The notes under the pieces were generated by a model that was given only the letters and a program-made list of their open reading frames with translations, searched no databases and had not been told where the DNA came from. The position numbers and the translations under genes are program-made. A DNA stretch of 64,000 nucleotides from Polyangia bacterium (GTDB lineage: Bacteria; Myxococcota_A; Polyangia; JAAYKL01), in assembly GCA_050287845.1 (NCBI GenBank), contig JBNKCR010000129.1, positions 7,364 through 71,363 of the forward strand. The letters are read 5' to 3'. This document shows positions 58,801 to 64,000 of the stretch, piece after piece (within the stretch, counting starts at the first letter, position 1; every line of letters starts with the position of its first letter).

Positions 58801-61775
58801 GCATCCGGGAAGACTGCCTCGATGCGTATGCCCATCAGCAGTTGCCGTTTGAGCGGCTGGTGCAGGAACTGCATCTCGAACGGCGAGCGGGACAGACGCC
58901 CCTGGTGCAGGTGATGTTTGACTACGCCAATCCGCCCATGCCAAAGGCCCGGACCGACGAATTTTCGCTATCGCCCCTGTTCATTTCGAGACGGGCTGCC
59001 CAGTTTGATTTGAGTCTGCTCACCCTGGATTCCGAAATCGGATTCGTGACAGCGATGGAATATAGGAGCGATTTATTCGATGCGTCCACCGTGCGGCGCA
59101 TGCTGGACCATTACCTGCGTATTCTGAAATTGGCGGTCACCAATCCCACTCAGCGTCTTTGTGACATGGCGTTTCTTTCTCAGGATGAAATCCGGGAAAT
59201 CGTTGCTCTCGGCGCCAGCACAAATATGAAACCGGTTTCATCGGATACCACGGTCGCGCGCATTGTGGCTGGTGCCGATGGGGTGACAGGTAAAATGGCG
59301 GTGACAGATGAAGTCGATGGGATCACGTACGGCAGGTTGATGGAACTGACTCGTACGGCTGCCGCAAAGATGGCTGCGGCCAACGTGGCAGCGGGAAGCC
59401 GGGTGGCAGTATGTCTGGAACGGTCACGGCTGATGCCGGCGGCACTGCTGGCGGTGCACTGGCTGGATGCGGCGTACGTACCCATCGACCCGCATTTCCC
59501 GGCTGAACGGGTGAGATACATGCTGTCGGAGACCACGCCCGCGGTGGTGGTCTGCGATGAGGCCACCACCGCCGCGTATCCGGAGTTGGCGCAATACCCG
59601 TGTCTGCGGATTGAAGACGTGGTACAGAGCGAGCCCCTCACGCCACCACCTCTGACCACCCGACCCGATTCCACGGCGTATATTATTTTTACTTCCGGCT
59701 CCACGGGAAAACCAAAAGGAGTGGAGATTCCCCAGCGCGCCATGCTGAACTTTCTGGAGTCCATGGCCCATACACCGGGAATGACTGCCACCGATCGCCT
59801 GCTGTCCGTCACCACCATATCGTTTGACATTTCAGTGCTCGAAATCTTTTTACCGCTGCTCTGTCAGGCCGAAGTGAAGATTGTCGGCAGCGATACGGCA
59901 TTGAACGCCCAGAAACTGCGGGGAATACTGGAAGAGACTGATGTCACCGTGATGCAGGCCACGCCGGTCACCTGGCGGATGCTCATTGAATCCGGATGGG
60001 CAGGCAGCGATTTGTTGACGGTACTCTGCGGCGGTGAAGCAATGCCCGCTGATCTGGCGGAACAGTTGGTTACTCGCAGTAAAGCCCTGTGGAATATGTA
60101 TGGGCCTACGGAAACCACCGTGTGGTCCACGGTTCAGCAAATCAGAACAAAGGAAGCCATTGATATTGGCCGGTCCATTGATCGGACCGCAGTGTATATT
60201 CTGGATGCCACAAAACAGCTTTGTCCCATTGGTGTCACTGGCGAAATCTATATCGGCGGCGCCGGCGTGGCCAAAGGATATTTCAAGCGTCCGGAACTCA
60301 CGCAGGAGCGATTTGTCAAAGACCCCTTTACCCCCGGATTCGGCGATCGCATGTATGGTACCGGCGATCTTGGACGCATGCGATCGGATGGCACATTCGA
60401 ATGTTTCGGTCGTCTGGATCATCAGGTGAAAATTCGTGGATACCGCATTGAGCTGGGTGAAATTGAAGTTGCGCTGAAACAATTGCCCGAAGTGGCGGAT
60501 GCGGTGGTCATTCCCTGGGAGGTAACCCCCGGGGATGCGCGTCTTTCCGCCTATATTATCGCAGAAGGGACGGCGCCAGAGAGCGAGCAACTGCGAAATG
60601 TACTTCGAAAATCGCTGCCGGGATACATGGTGCCCAGCTGGTTCACGGTGATGGCCCAGTTCCCCACCACGCCCAACGGTAAAATTGACCGCAAGGCACT
60701 GCCTGGCCCCGATGCGAAACTGGAAGTGCAGAGCCCGCTGAGAGTCGCCCCGCGGAGTGAGACAGAGAAAGCGCTGGCCGTCCTGTGGGCCCGGACCCTG
60801 GATGTGACCCATCCGAGTATTACCGACAACTTCTTCGATGTGGGACACTCGCTGCTGGCTGCCCGGTTGTTCGGGCAAATCGAAAAAGAGATGGGGGTTT
60901 CGCTCCCCCTGTCGGTGCTGTTTTCGCATCCCACCATTGAGATGCTGTCCGCATACATCGACGGACAGGTCGATGAACTGGGGTATTACGAACTGAAATA
61001 TGTGGTGCCCATCAAACCCCGGGGGCGCGCCACGCCGGTGTTCTGTATCCACGGCGCCGGGGGGAACGTGCTCAATTTTGAGTCCCTCGCAAGGCATATC
61101 GACGCGGATTGTCCACTGTATGCCATCCAGGCCCGTGGGGTGCATGGCACGGAAACGCCCTTTGACACCATTGAAAAGACGGCGTCGGCCTATCTGGAAG
61201 AAGTCATGGAGATTCAACCGACCGGTCCATACATTATCATGGGATACTGCGCCGGTGGGGTTGTGGCATTTGAAATGGCCAGGCAGATTCAGTTGAAAGG
61301 TGACATGGTGCGGGATTTGATTCTGATAGATACGTTCCGTCCCGGGGTTGGCTATACCATTCCCTCATTCGGCAAACGGGTGCTTCGCGCGGCGACCAAA
61401 GGTCCGGGGCATTTCTTCCGACACAGTTTCTCCAGGCTGCATCGAATTAAAGAGGACAACGCCAATCTGAAGGCGCTGAACAGGCACCTGAGCGCCGGCG
61501 AGCCGGTGCCCCACGAACTGAGGACCCTTTGGCTGACCCGGGCGTTTCTGGACTCCGTTGAAAAGTACCAGCTGCCGGTGTACGATGGGGCACTCACCAT
61601 CTTTGAAGCGGCGGATGTTCCTTCGGATCTGGTGTGCAGTGAGCCCAATCTGGGATGGGATGGATACGCTGCGTCCATCAGTTGCACCAAAGTGCCGGGA
61701 GGCCACCTCACCCTCACCGACGAACCCAACGCAAAAGTCCTGGCCACCGAACTCTGCAACCGCCTCCACCGCTGA
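55860..61775 (+). CDS. non-ribosomal peptide synthetase, FAAL - carrier - C - A - carrier - TE (single amino-acid module with lipid-loading domain)
   Basis: 1971 aa. FAAL-like domain aa 1-565 (TSGSTSAPKGV). Carrier GGHSL (Ser617). C domain HHVISDAWS (aa 804-812). A domain core motifs FTSGSTGKPKGV, FDIS, NMYGPTE, GEIYIGGAGVAKGY, YGTGDL, GRLDHQVKIRGYRIELGEIE, LPGYMVP, PNGKIDRKAL. Second carrier FFDVGHSL (Ser1664). TE with IHGAGGN and GYCAG. Confidence 0.9.
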   Translation: MLAYGIDTINEALKRNAEQYGDDIAFRFIQGGTDEKSITYAELYSRALQIASQFRLAEIPLQSKVLILYPSSLEYICTLFGCFLAGTTAIPAYPPVFNRSLSALRNIVLDSGATIACVESAIREQLQPLLHTESWLENLNWMTPEEDVDDAVDTSALPDVAPEDLAVLQYTSGSTSAPKGVMLSHRNLVANAHMLMARVQATARVDRMVAWLPPFHDMGLIGSILAPVCARVESTLMPPSSFIKKPLRWLEAISRYRGTITAAPDFAYEMCVHRTPPKQRELVDLSSLRVALNGAEKVREDTLNLFCDAFKSQGFSMSAFAPSYGLAEATLGVAIKRNGNTPLARRFDTEKLKEGLAVPVGGDDGTSLVTCGKPLDGVDVKIVSIETRQVVTPGMIGEIWVRSASVSRGYWQKIELSREIFEGTLPSDGRPDEKYLATGDLGFLYDNELYVTGRHKDLIIVLGVNHYPEDIEKTVESAHPAIRQHTVIAFALPINGTERVVVTTEIARGNEFALDDIIGAIRNAISTRHQLPVYDIVLLPQGGQVARTTSGKPRRSASRQKYEANGFTPLGSSQMQQGTESGSPAEEIAVVQRVMAEVLSVDRVSADDDFFALGGHSLIATQLASRLASLWEREVPVRVIFERPTAARLAGVRHSLPVTGKRNQIQKVDRSGPLVLSHSQERMWLLHQLEPDGTAYNVSGAVVVDGPFNVVHCQTAMQRLVDRHETLRTTFPSEGGTVSPMIHSNVKINVVCEDLSSADDPLEQAARKGSLLAHRPFDLARDLLIRVAIFKVADVRHAIVISMHHVISDAWSLGVVLKEIMEDYLALNRGEVPTSVVPDIQYVDYAAWFRPVVESERFNDELSYWRNRLQGTPNLELPTDRSPGSNVSSAGEMERLQISETLRNEIEDLAHQHGATPFMVMLLAFETLLYRYSRQTDFAIGVPIANRNHHQSEHLVGTLVNTLAFRANLNPKEAFSAQLERIREDCLDAYAHQQLPFERLVQELHLERRAGQTPLVQVMFDYANPPMPKARTDEFSLSPLFISRRAAQFDLSLLTLDSEIGFVTAMEYRSDLFDASTVRRMLDHYLRILKLAVTNPTQRLCDMAFLSQDEIREIVALGASTNMKPVSSDTTVARIVAGADGVTGKMAVTDEVDGITYGRLMELTRTAAAKMAAANVAAGSRVAVCLERSRLMPAALLAVHWLDAAYVPIDPHFPAERVRYMLSETTPAVVVCDEATTAAYPELAQYPCLRIEDVVQSEPLTPPPLTTRPDSTAYIIFTSGSTGKPKGVEIPQRAMLNFLESMAHTPGMTATDRLLSVTTISFDISVLEIFLPLLCQAEVKIVGSDTALNAQKLRGILEETDVTVMQATPVTWRMLIESGWAGSDLLTVLCGGEAMPADLAEQLVTRSKALWNMYGPTETTVWSTVQQIRTKEAIDIGRSIDRTAVYILDATKQLCPIGVTGEIYIGGAGVAKGYFKRPELTQERFVKDPFTPGFGDRMYGTGDLGRMRSDGTFECFGRLDHQVKIRGYRIELGEIEVALKQLPEVADAVVIPWEVTPGDARLSAYIIAEGTAPESEQLRNVLRKSLPGYMVPSWFTVMAQFPTTPNGKIDRKALPGPDAKLEVQSPLRVAPRSETEKALAVLWARTLDVTHPSITDNFFDVGHSLLAARLFGQIEKEMGVSLPLSVLFSHPTIEMLSAYIDGQVDELGYYELKYVVPIKPRGRATPVFCIHGAGGNVLNFESLARHIDADCPLYAIQARGVHGTETPFDTIEKTASAYLEEVMEIQPTGPYIIMGYCAGGVVAFEMARQIQLKGDMVRDLILIDTFRPGVGYTIPSFGKRVLRAATKGPGHFFRHSFSRLHRIKEDNANLKALNRHLSAGEPVPHELRTLWLTRAFLDSVEKYQLPVYDGALTIFEAADVPSDLVCSEPNLGWDGYAASISCTKVPGGHLTLTDEPNAKVLATELCNRLHR

Positions 61776-61799
61776 ATCACTGAATTCGAACAGGAAGAC

Positions 61800-61860
61800 A
61801 TCGGATACGCCTGGTTGGCGTATCCCCGGGATCGCTGGGCTCCAGTCCTGTTTTCTGCAG
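61800..61860 (+). terminator. candidate intrinsic terminator after the NRPS gene
   Basis: Perfect 9-bp stem GGATACGCC/GGCGTATCC with 5-nt loop about 28 nt after the stop, and a short T run (tgttttctg) about 25 nt further on; the T tract is not adjacent, so weak. Confidence 0.3.
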
Positions 61861-62094
61861 TGCACATTGATGTGTAGAGGAGGGGAAGACGATAATGACG
61901 GTCATTGCTTTCTGATATCGGCGCCGTTTTGCACTGCTGCTTCGGATAGATCATGATAAATTTTTAAACATGTTTCTGAAATTGGTGGCGATGAAGATGC
62001 CTCCAGAACACTCCGCCATTGTTTCAGCAATTTCTCCATCTCAGGACAGTGATCATTATAAAATTGCCACCTTGCTTCCGCTGCATCCCGCCCG

Positions 62095-62365
62095 ACTTCG
62101 TTGCTCGTCGGTCGCATACCCCGGTATGTTCCGCTCCTCGCGCCTTGCCGGTCCGGCGCAGCAAATGCCATGTTGGAAATTTTATTTCGACCACTGTCCT
62201 TAGGTCTTGCTCATAAATAACTCTGCCATTCATGCAACAAACTTGACATCCCTGCTGCGTTGCTCCTCCTCGCCATACCGCCAGTATGACTCGTTGTCGC
62301 GCCTTGCCGGATATGTCATCCTGTTACCTGAATCAACAGATTTATTTATGAGCAAACCCTTAGAC
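62095..62365. repeat. intergenic composite repeat: about 55-bp imperfect direct repeat plus about 20-bp inverted repeat (ttgctcataaataa core)
   Basis: Copy A about 62099-62155 and copy B about 62258-62312 share cgttgctc...cgcgccttgccgg; inverted copies of (c)ttgctcataaataa at about 62204-62220 and 62341-62361. Confidence 0.4.
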
Positions 62366-62444
62366 AAAATTAAATCTGAAGTTTAATTTTGTCTGATTTT
62401 GTTTTGGGGAACAGGAGATCTCCCCTGCTGGATGCATAAACCAT

Positions 62445-63116
62445 TCAATTCAGAATATGGGGCAAAACGAGGCGCAGGTCTTTGTGTGGGATTTCCACGT
62501 CGCAGAGGTTGGCGAGGGTTTGGGATTTGCAGTTGAAGGCAATGGAGAGGCCGGCGGATTTGGCAATCCAGATGTCGTTTTCGTTGTCGCCCACAAATAC
62601 GGCCTGTTCTGTGGCGATGCCCGCCTTTTCGCACAGATGACGCAACCCGTCGGCTTTGGCTTCCACGTCAAACGGGGTGTGAATGCCCCCGTCAATATCG
62701 CCGGATGCATTGAAATGGATGCGGTTGATGAGCACGTCGTCGAAGGCGAAATGGGGAAACAGCACATCGAGCACCGTCTGAATGGAACCGGACACCACGG
62801 CCACCGCCAGTCCCGCAGCCTTCAGGGTCTTAAGGGTTTCCATGGCGCCGCACATGGGTTTCAGTGTGCGACACATCTGAATGATACCGTTGCGGTTGGC
62901 CCCGGCTGCCCGAAGCAGTTTTAAATCGTGGCGAAACCATTCTTCGTAGGTGATGGCGCCGGAAAAATAGTCGTCGTAGGCCTGCTGTCGTTCTTTGGGG
63001 TCGGTATGGAACCCTTCGTGCAGGGTTTTCCAGATGTACACCGTATCGTCAACCAGGGTGCCGTCCAGATCGAAACATACAAGGGAATAGGGGAGCGGGA
63101 ATTCAGATGTGTTCAC
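62445..63116 (-). CDS. HAD-superfamily hydrolase (phosphatase-like)
   Basis: 223 aa; motif I LVCFDLDGTLVDD near the N-terminus; motif IV region VFVGDNENDIWIAKSAG. Confidence 0.75.
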   Translation of the reverse strand: MNTSEFPLPYSLVCFDLDGTLVDDTVYIWKTLHEGFHTDPKERQQAYDDYFSGAITYEEWFRHDLKLLRAAGANRNGIIQMCRTLKPMCGAMETLKTLKAAGLAVAVVSGSIQTVLDVLFPHFAFDDVLINRIHFNASGDIDGGIHTPFDVEAKADGLRHLCEKAGIATEQAVFVGDNENDIWIAKSAGLSIAFNCKSQTLANLCDVEIPHKDLRLVLPHILN

Positions 63117-63988
63117 AGTCGGTTCCGTTTTAAAAATTCTTCAATCTTAAGACTGATGAGGTCCGGATATTCCAGGGGAACAAAATGGGTGCCGCCTTTT
63201 ACCAGTAAAAATTCCCGATGGGATTTGTCGCCCCGGGTGAACTCCCGGGTGCGCCTTTGCGGAATGAGTTTGTCCATACTGCCGGAAACCGCCAGTATGG
63301 GGTTCTGGGAATCTTTTACAATGGCGGAGGCATTGTGTCTGGATGCCATCTGCTGGTAGTAGGTGTAGTGGCGGGTGGGGATGTTCACAAAGTCGCGAAT
63401 GATGGCATCCATAATCAGTTCGTCGGCGGAAGGCGCCATCAGGCCCAGTCTTCTGGCCCAGCGACTGGGATGTTCATTCTTTCGAATCATCTTGCGAAGT
63501 CTCGAGACCGCTTCTTCCTTCTGGGACAGCCATTCCACCGTCTGGGTGAGGTTGGGGCGGATGCCAATGGTTTCAAACAGGGGGTCGCTCAAGTGGGCAA
63601 ACGGTTTTCCGGCAACGCCACTGATGGCGACCAGGGCCGCAATATCGGACGACGCCAGACACTCCGCTGCCACCTGAGTCCCGAAGGACCAGCCAATCAG
63701 AATGGCTCTTCTGTGACCGTCCTGCGCCATCAACTCCTGTTGAAACCCCGCCAGCAGCGGGACATCCAGCTCCCGTTTGGCAAAGAGCGAAGATGATGCG
63801 TCGTAGCCGGGATACTCAATCATGTAGAGCGGATGATTGCTTCGCAGCACGGCGGCAAGGCTGGACCAGATAAGATAGGTGCCAAATACGCCACCCCACA
63901 TGTAGACGGGGATTCCGGAATCGTTGTCACAGATGCTGCGCACGGTGAGTTCGCAGTCACAATGCATCTTCCGGGATTCAATCTGCAT
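63113..63988 (-). CDS. alpha/beta-fold hydrolase
   Basis: 291 aa; nucleophile elbow GWSFG (ILIGWSFGTQVAAE); stop overlaps the HAD gene start; start codon lies 12 nt from the window end. Confidence 0.7.
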   Translation of the reverse strand: MQIESRKMHCDCELTVRSICDNDSGIPVYMWGGVFGTYLIWSSLAAVLRSNHPLYMIEYPGYDASSSLFAKRELDVPLLAGFQQELMAQDGHRRAILIGWSFGTQVAAECLASSDIAALVAISGVAGKPFAHLSDPLFETIGIRPNLTQTVEWLSQKEEAVSRLRKMIRKNEHPSRWARRLGLMAPSADELIMDAIIRDFVNIPTRHYTYYQQMASRHNASAIVKDSQNPILAVSGSMDKLIPQRRTREFTRGDKSHREFLLVKGGTHFVPLEYPDLISLKIEEFLKRNRL

Positions 63989-64000
63989 GGTCAGTCCATC

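Noticed and set aside
59850-61217. 455-aa reverse-strand ORF inside the NRPS gene
   Set aside because: The forward frame carries all adenylation and thioesterase core motifs; the antisense ORF has none.
1-64000. tRNA, rRNA, integrase, prophage or toxin-antitoxin genes
   Set aside because: No T-loop/acceptor-stem-like tRNA structure, rRNA-like block, tyrosine or serine recombinase, or small paired toxin-antitoxin ORFs were recognised by eye; a covariance-model scan would be needed to exclude small RNAs.

Overview
Gene-dense 64-kb chromosomal segment with about 50 protein-coding genes; no rRNA, tRNA or CRISPR array was recognised by eye. The core content looks like an anaerobic Gram-negative bacterium: rubrerythrin, reverse-rubrerythrin and ferritin-like genes, 2-oxoacid:ferredoxin oxidoreductase, cytochrome c maturation CcmF-CcmA-CcmB, OmpA and LolA-like envelope proteins, an MMPL/RND exporter, a sigma-54 enhancer-binding protein, RarA, IlvC with divergent IlvY, citrate synthase and a fused 5-oxoprolinase. 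The taxon cannot be assigned from sequence alone. The best candidate for an undescribed system is a compact non-ribosomal peptide synthetase locus (54.2-64.0 kb): one 1971-aa protein reading FAAL-carrier-C-A-carrier-TE, started 8 nt after a cyclic-peptide-type ABC exporter, with Cys in place of the usual nucleophilic Ser in the thioesterase. Other accessory-looking content: two secreted esterases with long Asp-Thr/Asp-Ser repeat linkers, one beside a dockerin-repeat protein and an IS3 remnant abutting a truncated nagB-like gene; two HelD-like helicase paralogs; and a sigma-54 regulator followed by an orphan GlmL/MutL-like ATPase operon. All calls rest on motif recognition and the supplied ORF track; no database search was run. 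Coordinates of intergenic motifs are approximate (about +/-5 bp).
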